A stretch of DNA of 64,000 nt from Mayamaea pseudoterrestris (taxonomy: Eukaryota). Position numbers and translations under genes: made by a program. The DNA lies in NCBI GenBank assembly GCA_027923505.1, contig BROI01000002.1:372001-436000 (forward strand), in the 5' to 3' direction. Positions within the stretch are counted from its first letter, which is position 1, and the number at the start of each line of letters is the position of its first letter. The notes under the pieces were generated by a model, which worked only from the letters and a program-made list of their open reading frames with translations, had not been told where the DNA came from and ran no database searches. Positions 11,433 through 21,922 of this stretch are shown here, piece after piece.

Positions 11433-14064
11433 TTACTCACGCTTGACTTGTTGCAAGACTTCCGCTTTGCGACACAGCACTTCCACCGCCGCCACAATCT
11501 GCGGCACGGTTTCCGTCGGCCGCTCCGTCCAGTCGCCGTGGCCGTCGCCGCGAAACAAGACGCAGTGGCACGGAGCGTCTTGCGTCAAGAACGTTTCATC
11601 TAGTTGCGCAAAGTCAGTGACGGGAACATTGTTGCGGCGAAAGTATGATTCCACTTGAGCGGCTGGTACGAGTGTGTCTCGCTCACTCAAAAAGACACTG
11701 CATGGAACGTCAATTTGATCGAGAAACAAGGATATCCATGCCCACGGAAAGCTTCGTTGGACGGTCCAATTAACAATGGCGTCGGCGCGTACAAAGTAGG
11801 CCAACTGTCCCAGGTCGGGTGGCAAGTATACAAAGGCCTTGGTCAATCGAGGTTGATGTAGACAAAAGCAAATGGGGTCGAGGAACAGGACGGCCGACAC
11901 GGCGTGCGAGGCAAACTTGATCATGTAGGACAACCACGACGTGCCATACGAGTGACCAATCCATGTTCCGCTCATGTATCCGTGTGTCGCCAGCATGGCA
12001 TTCATGGTGGATGCCACTGTTGCGGGAGACAAGACTGCATCTGGTGATTGCAGTGGACGAAAGGCCGACACGTAGGGAATCTCGGGAAGTAAAACGGGTC
12101 TTCCCGTTGCCAGAAGTGCGTCAATCAAGGGTACGTAGGCAATGAGACCGACACCAATGCCGTGAACAAAGATGATTGGAATGTCGGATGCGTCTGCGTC
12201 ATTATTGTCATAAGTAGCGCCAGAGTATACTTCTTCGCCCAGCGCCCTTTTACCAGGATGCATGTAGTAGCTGACTGGACCAATGGATCGTCGCTCAAAC
12301 CCTCGCCGATGCAGCATGATTCGCAATGGAACCTCCGTCGCGACATTCAACGTGACACAAAACCACAGCGGATACGTGACAATCCCAAGCAACGGATCCG
12401 ACGAGTACTTGGCGAACCGCCGCGGCTCGCGGTGCTGCAGAAACGGCAAGTTTTTGCGAGCATATCCCGTCGCTTGCTCAAACGCTGCTTGCGCCTTTTG
12501 CTCCAGCAGCTCCAACGATTCGTTGCATTCCGTAATGCGCCGCATCATCATGGACATTTGTCGGGCTGGGACAGCCGACGACATTTCGCGCATGCGCTTG
12601 AGCATAATCTTGTAGCCCTTTAGTTGCTGCGTCAGTCGTTGACGCTGCTTCGAAAAGAGACGGGCCTGCTCGAGTCGCTCGCGCATGCTGGCCTTTATTG
12701 TGACCACCGAGTTCCAAGCGTCAAAGAGTTGCGCGCGCGTGGCATGGCTCATGGCAGTCAGTTGCTTGTCAATGCTGGAACCAGGCGTCACGACTGTTTC
12801 GTAAACTTGGTTGGCCGTGGCAATGGCTGTTTCCTCGGCTCCAACAATGGTTTGTTTTGCTTCCGCCATGACAGTCTTCATTTTTGCGGCAGGATCAAAG
12901 TCGGAAACCATTTCCTTCAAGTCTTGAATGGGATGAAACTCTGGTGCCATGCTCATCATTTGATCGTACCGAGTTTTGTAAGCTTCGTAAAAGTCGGAGA
13001 AGAAGCTTGGCTCCTGCACATCGCCAGCGTGCGCGAATCGAAACACTAGCAAGTAGGAAGCAAAAGGGATATAGTGAGGCTCGACGTTCGAGTGACGCTG
13101 ACGAAAGCAACAACGACTGCCCACTCATGTTTCCTAGCCATTCCTTTCACTTACTCTTCTTTGGCTTGGGGAGGTTCCGTCTCCACTCTGGCTCTTCAGC
13201 TTGAAGCCTTCCAATCTCAACTGCATCTCCATTTGCATCCGCTTCCTCATTGGCATGCTCATTATCATGTTCGTCATCATCACCATCCAGCGCTTCACCA
13301 TGCAAGTACAGACTCAATCGATACTCTGCCTCCGCCAAAAACGTTTCCAACTGATCCAACTCCTCCGACGTTAAATGCTCCTGATGCCTTCCTTCAAACA
13401 TGCTCCACGCAATAAAGTCTCGTATATCATAGTTACTAATATCTTCGAGTTGCGAATCAAAGAACCACCCACAGAGAAACGACACTGGATCACTGGACAC
13501 TTCCTCCATCATGCGCTTCCACAGGAGCGCCCGGTCTTTCAGCTCCATGAGCGGCGCCGCCGAAAGACAGGCCTCGAGTGGATCCTTGCGCTGCAACCAA
13601 ACCAAATGAATCTTCATGCACACGTACCAAACGGCTTCCAGCCAGCACCAGGTTTCAATCGCGACGCGCAGTTTGCCTTTTGTAGTTGTTGCATCATCAT
13701 CAAGTCGCAGTATCACACTAACAATTGGACCAACGTTTCGTTGCATATACGAGTCACGCAGCGCCTCCAGTTGCGTCGCATAACGCAGCAGCACGAGAAA
13801 AATGTACGCGTAGCAACCCGGCACCACCAAGTGCACCATGAACCAAATCAAGGCCCAGCCACTCGCGAATCCAACGTAGTCGTCCGGTGTGGGCATATTT
13901 GGTAGGGGAGTCTGAAAGACGCGGCGCGACACGTAGCGGCGTAATGGAGTCAATGGGCGATGATGATTGTTGTGTGATGATGTGCTGCTGCTTGCTGACG
14001 ACAATGATGAATGAGCGCCGCCTTGGCTTGACAATGCTGCCATTGCTCCGGCTCGAGGAGGCAT
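11433..14064 (-). CDS. Membrane-anchored alpha/beta hydrolase; intron ~13046-13154
   Basis: FVHGIGVG oxyanion loop, GHSYG nucleophile elbow, VLFLDP, DGHG. Two ORFs joined by a GTAAGT..TAG intron (PKK M FRFAH). Confidence 0.82.
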
Positions 14065-14498
14065 AGTCTCTCTTTAGTTTTAAACTGTAATTTCTTTGTA
14101 TTTTCAATATTTTCCGACCTTGTTTGACTTTGATTATTGTCGATGCTTGCTATTCGTCTTCCAATGGAATCAGAAAGCAAAGCGCAAATGCTGAACAATT
14201 CAAGGCGACTCGACTCGTCGCTCGCTCAAATGTCCAAAACAGAGTAGCTGAATAACTAGATTATCAAAGTATAAATGACGGAGCTGTAGAGGTCGACTAT
14301 AGCGTCTGCCATGTTTGAATCTCCTCTTTGATGTTCCATCGACAATCAACGACGACGACCACGAAAGCGAGCGTCAATTGTGAAAACCATGTCTTTTCAG
14401 TGGTGCTAGACAAACTTTTCACACTCCTTTCAACACGTCTGTCTGTCACGTTGCGACATTCCAAGCATTGGCTCACGCATCGCATCATTCGTTCCACC

Positions 14499-15626
14499 AT
14501 GTTCCTGGGTCGTTCAGCGTTGGTTCGTTCTATCTTAGTTACTCGCCATTGCTACTACTACTACTCGCTACTACTGCTGTCTCGTTTGCTTGGATCGACG
14601 AAATCATTTTCCGTCATGACGACCAAACCAAGAGGAGCATTCATTGTGCTGGAGGGAGTCGATCGATGCGGCAAGACGACGCAAGTGGCGCGGCTGGTGG
14701 AGCGAATGACCAAGGAGAAACAACAAAATGACAATGAAACAGCAGCATTATCACCCGTCCTCGCCATGCGCTTCCCCGATCGGACGACGCCAGTTGGTCG
14801 CATCATTCACGAGTACTTAACAAGCGATAGCGACAATACACTCGACGACCACGCCATTCACTTGCTCTTCTCCTCCAATCGATGGGAAGCGTCGGAAGCA
14901 ATATTGCAACATTTGCGACAAGGAACCACCATTGTGTGCGACCGCTACGTGCATTCCGGTGTCGCCTTTTCGTCGGCCAAAGTGAAAGCGGCAGCAGAAA
15001 GTGATGGAGATAAGGAAGAAGGTAATACTACTAGTGCAGCAGCAGCCGCTGCATCCGTCACGTCATCATCCGAGAACACCACCACTGATGCATCATCGCT
15101 ACTGTCGCTGGAGTGGTGCATGGCGCCCGATAAAGGCTTGCCGGCACCCGACTGCGTCATTTTCCTCGATATGGAGCCGGAGCAAGCGGCGGAGCGAGGA
15201 GGGTACGTACCAACAGTAGTGTATTGTAATATGATTAGCATGGCCATCAAGTATGCACTTAATGATGCCAGTGACATGAATGACATGGACTCTAACGCTT
15301 GTTGCATTCACTTTTTCTTTCGTTGCGTGTTACTCTCTCGCACCATCTACCATGACAGATACGGAAACGAGCGCTACGAGCAACGTGACATGCAGTTGCG
15401 CGTTCGGAAACGCTTCCACGAGCTCCAAAACATGGATGCGCCGGCAACAGATAGTGTTGCAGACAATAGTACTAGCATTCCTTGGTACACGATTGCCGCG
15501 GCGCAAAGCATGGATCAAGTGGAAGAGGAAATTTACAAAGCAGTCCAAACGACTTTATCAGAGGTCCAACAGGGCAAGCCGCTTGGCAAAATGTGGGAAC
15601 ATGGAGCGTACGACTTGAATGAATGA
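14499..15626 (+). CDS. DTYMK: Thymidylate kinase; intron 15203-15358
   Basis: P-loop EGVDRCGKTTQ, FPDR, HLLFSSNRWE, CDRY, ERGG|YGNERYE. Confidence 0.93.
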   Translation: MFLGRSALVRSILVTRHCYYYYSLLLLSRLLGSTKSFSVMTTKPRGAFIVLEGVDRCGKTTQVARLVERMTKEKQQNDNETAALSPVLAMRFPDRTTPVGRIIHEYLTSDSDNTLDDHAIHLLFSSNRWEASEAILQHLRQGTTIVCDRYVHSGVAFSSAKVKAAAESDGDKEEGNTTSAAAAAASVTSSSENTTTDASSLLSLEWCMAPDKGLPAPDCVIFLDMEPEQAAERGGYVPTVVYCNMISMAIKYALNDASDMNDMDSNACCIHFFFRCVLLSRTIYHDRYGNERYEQRDMQLRVRKRFHELQNMDAPATDSVADNSTSIPWYTIAAAQSMDQVEEEIYKAVQTTLSEVQQGKPLGKMWEHGAYDLNE

Positions 15627-15860
15627 ACGAATAAAAGAATTGTATCTCAGATACTTCGATTGAATATCGTGACGATACGTAAGATTGCTTACATTATTAA
15701 CACTCGCCATGGAGTTGCCTAAATGGAAGTGGCTTGTCAAGGATCCGATTTTCGCGGCCCTTATCAAAGTAAAACATTGTTACAAGTTGTCCTTTTACTA
15801 TTTGCCATATGACAAACTATGAATGTTAAAGTAGCTTGGTCCATTCTATTTAGCCTTATG

Positions 15861-16106
15861 CTATCGCTTTGCGTCCAATTCACTATCATTCAAAATACCA
15901 GTCGCCGTTTCCATTTCCATTTGCTGCTGCTGCTGCTCCAATAACTCTTGATGCCGCTTCTCCACGAGCCGTTGTCTCCAACTTATCGCAAAGGTGGTGA
16001 AGAGTAGTTGCGACGACAAGAGTAGCTTGTAGTGCAACGGCATGCGTTTCAACCAAGCCAGCTTGTCGGCGAGCGATTGTCTTGGCGTTGGTGCTTCTGT
16101 CATCAT
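15861..16106 (-). CDS. Small hypothetical single-TM protein (81 aa)
   Basis: ATG ATG at 16106. Hydrophobic LLLSSQLLFTTFAISW followed by polyQ. Divergent from the enoyl-CoA hydratase gene. Confidence 0.5.
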   Translation of the reverse strand: MMTEAPTPRQSLADKLAWLKRMPLHYKLLLSSQLLFTTFAISWRQRLVEKRHQELLEQQQQQMEMETATGILNDSELDAKR

Positions 16107-16423
16107 TTTCGTCGAATATGAATAAATCAAATAAATACAACAAACTGAAATTTTATACGTGATACTTGGTTCAAACCTTTGCTTTCTCCAGTGTGCTCCT
16201 CCTTCATCTCGTTGTGATCCCACGGCAGGCGCGGTGGATTTGTTGTGAATCATGCCAGTACCGGTAAGACACGAACAGAATCACACCGGTACTAGATCTT
16301 TTTTGGAATACATTCGCAGCGCTGCGCGTCACCATGATGGATGGATGCCTATGCCTATTGACACTTGAAACTCGTTGCAGCGCAAAAAGCATCATACTTT
16401 CCTACATTCTAGTCATCACTACT

Positions 16424-17449
16424 ATGCTGTCTCTCTCGCGTTCTGCCATTTCATCAGCCTCGTGCTTGCACAAGGCGCGCCTGTTGCCAGTGAGCATGAT
16501 TGCTTGTTCGACTCCTCGCTCCTTTTCGTCGTCACAACTCCAAGATTCCTACGACCACATTTTGGTGGAGCGTCGCGACGCCGTCGGACTATTGACGCTG
16601 AATCGCCCCAAGACGCTCAACGCGCTCAGTGACGCCCTCTTTGCCGACTTGATTCACGCCGCAACTGCGCTCGACTCCGACGACTCGATTCGCTGTTTGG
16701 TGCTGACGGGATCATCCAAGGCCTTTGCCGCGGGCGCTGACATTAGTGAAATGAAGAGTCAAACCTTTGATCACGCCTATAAAACCAACATGTTTGCCGG
16801 TTGGAACGACATCAGCAAACTGAGCAAGCCAATCATTGCTTCCGTGAATGGATTCTGCTTGGGTGGTGGCTGCGAGCTGGCCATGATGTGCGATTTTATA
16901 GTGGCGGGCGACAGGGCCAAGTTTGGACAGCCGGAAATTAATCTCGGAGTCATTCCGGTATGTAAAAAATGCAACAGGGAAAATATGAGTGTCTCGTGCA
17001 TTAATTTTGTTTCGCTGTCATGCATCTGCTGTTTCCAAGATGATATTCGCTGCTCACCCACTAACAACTAACTTTTTTCGTCAAAACAGGGCGCCGGCGG
17101 CACCCAGCGCTTGACTCGCGCCATTGGCAAGTCCAAGGCCATGTACATGTGCTTGACGGGCGAACTAATGTCGGCCGCCGAAATGGAAAAGGCTGGCTTG
17201 GTGGCCAAAATATTTCCAGCCGACGAGCTGCTCGAAAAAACGTTGGAGATTGCGCAAACGATTGCAAGCAAGGGACAAATGAGCGTGTTAATGGCCAAGG
17301 AGGCGGTGAATGCTTCGCAGGAAGTGTCGCTGCAGGAAGGGTTGCGGCTGGAGCGACGGTTCTTTCATTCACTCTTTGCCACGGCGGATCAGAAGGAGGG
17401 CATGGATGCCTTTTTGAACAAGCGACCAGCAGAGTTTACGCACAAGTAA
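16424..17449 (+). CDS. ECHS1: Mitochondrial enoyl-CoA hydratase (crotonase); intron 16958-17089
   Basis: LNRPKTLNAL, AFAAGADI, GGGCELAMMCD, FGQPEINLGVIP|GAGGTQRL, EGMDAF. Confidence 0.93.
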
Positions 17450-17669
17450 GATATAATATACATGTGAGAGTAAGAATGTGTAAGCTTCTCTATAATTTGT
17501 AGTGCTCATACTCGTAACTCTAATACTACGCTGCGACGTGTTTGGGGCTTACGAGTCGTCGTGTACAGTGCTGTATCTGATACGAAATGTCAACTAACTT
17601 CCGTATTGGCCCATTTACACTTGCAGATTTGAGTGCGACTTGGCAAGCTGCATGCTTACTCTCTCATGT

Positions 17670-19961
17670 TCAGTCATTCTTCTCGTCGCCGTCTGTCGAG
17701 CTCAAACCTCGACCGACGGCATTGACCAATCTCACAGCCTTTTTAAAGGCAGAGTTTAGCACTGGAAACTCGTAAAAGTCGTATCCATCCTCTCGCATGG
17801 ATTCCATGATGCGCAGCGCCTTGAGTGGCTGTCCTCGACGCTCAAACGACGAAACAGTCGCCGTGTACAAATCCACGTCTGGTACAAAACCGTCACTCCG
17901 CATTTGTCGCAGAAAGAATTCAGCCTGCTTTGGATCGCCCTTGGCAGCCATGGTTCGTACCAGAATATTGTACGTCTGTCGGTTCGGCTTGGCGGCCGAA
18001 TACTCGCTTGACGAAAGAATCTTGTAAACTGTCATGGCTCGTTCCATGCTTTCCTCGGGCGACACTATCGCCGACTTTGCTTCGGCTTGCGCCATGAGCA
18101 CCGTGTTGAAGACGGCAACGTTTGGCGCGAGCGACTCGCGCATCATTTTCTTCAGCAGCAACAGCGCACGCTCCGACTCGCCAGCCTTGCGGCAGCAACT
18201 AATGGCCGCTCCGTAAATAATTTCGTTTGGTGCAACGTTGCGTTCGCGCATCAACTTGAAGACACGACTTGCTCGCCCCGTGTCACCCTTGCGCTCGCAG
18301 GCAGTCATGAGCTCACCATATGTCATAATGGTTGGCTCCAAGCCATCAGTTATGATTTCATCAAACAACAAAAAGGCTCGATCAATGTCCCAAGCTTCGG
18401 CGCATGATCGAATTGCTGCATTGTAAACTTGCACATTGGGGTTTGGAACGGTCGAGTCCTTTTTCAAAACGTTCAGTAGCTTCATCGCCTTGAGATGCGG
18501 ATCGGGTCGCAAGGACGCATCGTCGTCGTCTGGAGAATATATAAAGGCTCCCGAGGAAAGTAGTTTGGCGGTTGCCGTCGCACAAGCGTAAATGGTGGCA
18601 GCAAAGGTGACTTCGTTTGGTTGAATGTTTGATTGTCGCATGCGCTCCAGCAGTCGAAAGGCTTGCACCCATTGCCCTTCGTTTTTACATCCAATGATAG
18701 CCGATGTATACGCCATGACATCGCCTCCGTCAAAGATATCACAATACTCTTTCAGCAGCTTGATCCCTTCCTTCCACGCCCCGCCCTTGGCGCAGGCCGA
18801 AATCACCAACCGATACGCCACGGCATCCGGTCCCTGCAGCGGCTGCTTGTGACCAGCAATCTCCAACCCCGCCGTCTTTCTCTCGTACGTGCCAACCGTC
18901 TTCATGAGTTGCAAGTATGACAGCGCATCCTGCCACAGGCCCAGTTTCTGGCAAGCGTGCAGCACGCTCGTCACCACGAGTCCATCCCACGCGAAACCAT
19001 CGTGCTTCATTTCCTTGGCCATGTTTACCACCAGCTGCCACTGCTGGCTCTTTTCGAGCGCCGCCAGCACCGTGCCGTACGTGACGGCGTCGGGTGCGGG
19101 ACCGTGTGTGCGCATGTGATTCAACAAGTGTAGCGCCATGGTGCAGTCTTCCGCCGCCGCGTATATCGCCGCATTGTATCCCACGACACTCAACGACACG
19201 TTTTGGTGTTTGGCTTGCTGCAGCAGCTCCATGGCTAGTTGCGGTTGCCGACACGACGCGCAGGCGGAAATGGCGGCATTGTAAACCACGCCGTTGGGTG
19301 TCACGTTGCAGCTTTGCATGACTTCAAAGAGTCGCATGGCTTGGTTGACGTTCTTGGCGCGGGCGCAAACACTCATGAGGGCGCCAAAGGTGTAGACGTT
19401 TGGTTGGAGTCGTTGTAATGATGATGATGATGATGATATAGTAGTAGTGCTTGTTGCATTTGCATTCGCCTGATTCACACGACAATATTGGTGCAGCAAC
19501 TGCAAGGCTGTTTCGAGTCGCACGGGTTTCGCCCTGCCGCAGGCATCCATGGCGGCATTCACTTGGCGAATCGTTGGTTGCGCTATCGATTGGAGCAAGT
19601 CGAGCGCAACGTCAATCTTGCCTTTGCGTCCCAAGTTGACAATCTGTCGGTCCAATGGAATCTTACTATTTGAAGTAGAAGCCAGTGTTGGAGGCGAAGC
19701 AGCAGGGGTAGCACGTCGTCTAGATCCTTCCACGGGCAAATCTTGCAGTATTGGTGTAGAAGCGTATAGCAGCGTGGATTGTTGACTGAGAAGTGCTTGA
19801 TGCCTATCATGGTGCAGTACTTGATTCCCTGATATTGGTGCGACTAGCAGGAAACAATCAGCTGGCGGCGGCGAAGAAACCGCTAGCCACGCGACCAGAG
19901 TTGCGGCAATTTCGGATCGTCTCCTGATTCTTCGTCTCATTGTTGCTGTTGGTGTAGTCAT
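17670..19961 (-). CDS. Pentatricopeptide repeat (PPR) protein, likely plastid-targeted
   Basis: Many 35-aa repeats (PNVYTFGALMSVCAR, VYNAAISAC, PDAVTYG...). Signal peptide ending in ADC-F. Confidence 0.92.
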   Translation of the reverse strand: MTTPTATMRRRIRRRSEIAATLVAWLAVSSPPPADCFLLVAPISGNQVLHHDRHQALLSQQSTLLYASTPILQDLPVEGSRRRATPAASPPTLASTSNSKIPLDRQIVNLGRKGKIDVALDLLQSIAQPTIRQVNAAMDACGRAKPVRLETALQLLHQYCRVNQANANATSTTTISSSSSSLQRLQPNVYTFGALMSVCARAKNVNQAMRLFEVMQSCNVTPNGVVYNAAISACASCRQPQLAMELLQQAKHQNVSLSVVGYNAAIYAAAEDCTMALHLLNHMRTHGPAPDAVTYGTVLAALEKSQQWQLVVNMAKEMKHDGFAWDGLVVTSVLHACQKLGLWQDALSYLQLMKTVGTYERKTAGLEIAGHKQPLQGPDAVAYRLVISACAKGGAWKEGIKLLKEYCDIFDGGDVMAYTSAIIGCKNEGQWVQAFRLLERMRQSNIQPNEVTFAATIYACATATAKLLSSGAFIYSPDDDDASLRPDPHLKAMKLLNVLKKDSTVPNPNVQVYNAAIRSCAEAWDIDRAFLLFDEIITDGLEPTIMTYGELMTACERKGDTGRASRVFKLMRERNVAPNEIIYGAAISCCRKAGESERALLLLKKMMRESLAPNVAVFNTVLMAQAEAKSAIVSPEESMERAMTVYKILSSSEYSAAKPNRQTYNILVRTMAAKGDPKQAEFFLRQMRSDGFVPDVDLYTATVSSFERRGQPLKALRIMESMREDGYDFYEFPVLNSAFKKAVRLVNAVGRGLSSTDGDEKND

Positions 19962-20247
19962 ATTATATCTGCGAACAGGAGAAAGCGATGGCAGGTTGAA
20001 GTTTCGAGCGCGGATCGAACAATCGGAGCACGAGCGCCTATGATGTGGCGCGGGGAATAAAGAAAACAAAAATCATGTTGGGAAATGTCATGATACTTTC
20101 TACACTAGCCTCATGGTGCTTTTCAATGGCGTTGACTGTGAGATGACGTCAGACTTGACGCAGCGGGGCACGAACCATCCACCATGGAGATCCATCACCA
20201 TCGAGCGGCGACGCTATGTAGCTACATGCTTATATGCACCAACCACC

Positions 20248-20953
20248 ATGTCATCATCATCACAAAAGGCAGTCATTGATTACTACAAAATACTCAAAGT
20301 ATCCCGCAATGCCTCCATGTCCGACATTAAACTCTCCTATCGCAAACTCGCCATGGAGCATCACCCCGACCGACACGACGGGTGTTCCAACAAGGAGGCT
20401 GCGTTGAAAGTCATCAACGAGGCATACTCGGTGCTGATCAATGTGGCGCGGAAGCGGGAATATGATCAAGAGTTTCATAAAACAAATACGACTACTGGCA
20501 ATCATCATGTTCCGCGCCCAACCAAAGTGTACGCACCGTCACCGCCACCGCAATGGAATGGCAACGTGTGGAACCACCGCCAGCACTACGACTATCACTA
20601 CGGCGATGGCTTTCAGAAGGAAGCCTTTCGACGCATGCGCGAGTCGGCCAAGAAGGAAGGCGCGTTTGAATACCAGTCGCCGCTCGGGCGAGGCTTTTCC
20701 TTTGACGATAATGCGAAACAGACGAGTAGCAGTAGCAATGCGAATGGTCAACATCATGACCAAGATAACAACAACGATATTCCACTCAATCCCTACAGCA
20801 AGGCGCGTCAAGGACCACCAGTTGTTACTATGGAGTACGAGGAGATTGACCGCCACATGACCAGTGGCAAGGAGTTTGTGCGCAAACGCGAGCGCATCGT
20901 GGAAGACTTGCACCAGCGGCGGCAGGAGCGGTACAGTAGTTCTAGTGGACAAA

Positions 20954-20984
<31 letters not shown>

Positions 20985-21045
20985 TGCAAACGAGAATGCA
21001 GCCTTTGCTCGGCGCAAGCGGCCGGATGACTGCGTGATACTATGA
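20248..21045 (+). CDS. DnaJ/J-domain protein
   Basis: DYYKILKV...YRKLAMEHHPDRH...INEAYSVL...RKREYD, with the HPD motif. Confidence 0.88.
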
Positions 21046-21542
21046 TTGAAATGAACAGTGGGCTTGTTGAACAAACATTGGGCTTGTAAAATCTTTCCGA
21101 GCGCCAAGCATGGAGAATGCAAAGAGCTACAGTGCGATCGTCTTGCCATGTGACTCGCGGACAGCAAAATTTACACCCGACTGTGCAAACAGGTTTGGTG
21201 CTGCTGAGAATGTCAATCGTTTCGCTTTTTTGGATTGCCGACCTCTTTGCGGAACGACTCAAACAATTCAAGACTGCAACGCCACACGTAGGAACAAAAT
21301 TTCATAGTGTAATAGATTACATTACATATATTAGCAGTAACATAAATCGCTTTACTAGTACAGCAAAAACGACGCGAGAAAGCAAGAAGTATGAATGGTC
21401 AACGGCAGAAACGGAACGATCAGAAACCACATCATCAAAACGTTCTTGCCGCGACTCGACCGCTGGAGCACGCTTAAATGAATGATGTAGGATCTCGCAA
21501 GCTGCTTAGCATTGCAACAAACATAAGCAAGAGCAAGTGATC

Positions 21543-21652
21543 AAAAAAAGTGTTGCTTCTCTTCGATTATGCGTGTCATTCTTGTTCAGAGACCATGCTA
21601 ATCTTCTCTGTATAGTAAAGCGTTTGTTTAACGTCGACCCCGAAAGGCCGAC
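21543..21652 (-). ncRNA. RNU6: U6 spliceosomal snRNA (divergent)
   Basis: Minus strand reads GTCGGCCTTTCGGGGTCGAC (5' hairpin, UUCG loop) ...ATACAGAGAAGATTAGCATGGTCTCTGAACAAGAATGACACGCATAATCG...TTTTTTT. It has the ACAGAGA box, AGC triad, ISL and a Pol III T-run. Confidence 0.92.
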
Positions 21653-21820
21653 AAATTGCTATTTCGGTGGACCTCTATATAAAGCTTGAAAACTAAGTTA
21701 AGGTTATTATTAAGGATAAAGTGTTCGCAATACCAAAACTATTACCTACTCCCTTTAAACTCATCAATTCCTTTGTATAAAATTTGAGAGAGACTCACCT
21801 TTTCAGCCTGAACATACTAA
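21653..21820 (-). promoter_or_regulatory. U6 Pol III promoter with TATA box (TTTATATA, 21683-21676, i.e. -31 to -24)
   Basis: AT-rich island directly upstream of the U6 +1 G, with TATA at canonical spacing. The upstream limit is approximate. Confidence 0.7.
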
Positions 21821-21922
21821 TTGACTTCAAGTATCGTAGTGGAAACAAGGAAGTATCATGATCGGCTGCCGTAGTGGCGGCATGCAAAGTAAACCACTCC
21901 ACCAATAGAAATGTCGCTTGGA

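Noticed and set aside
21480..21830. AT-rich island first suspected to be an organellar insertion or self-splicing intron fragment
   Set aside because: Explained by the U6 gene and its promoter on the minus strand.
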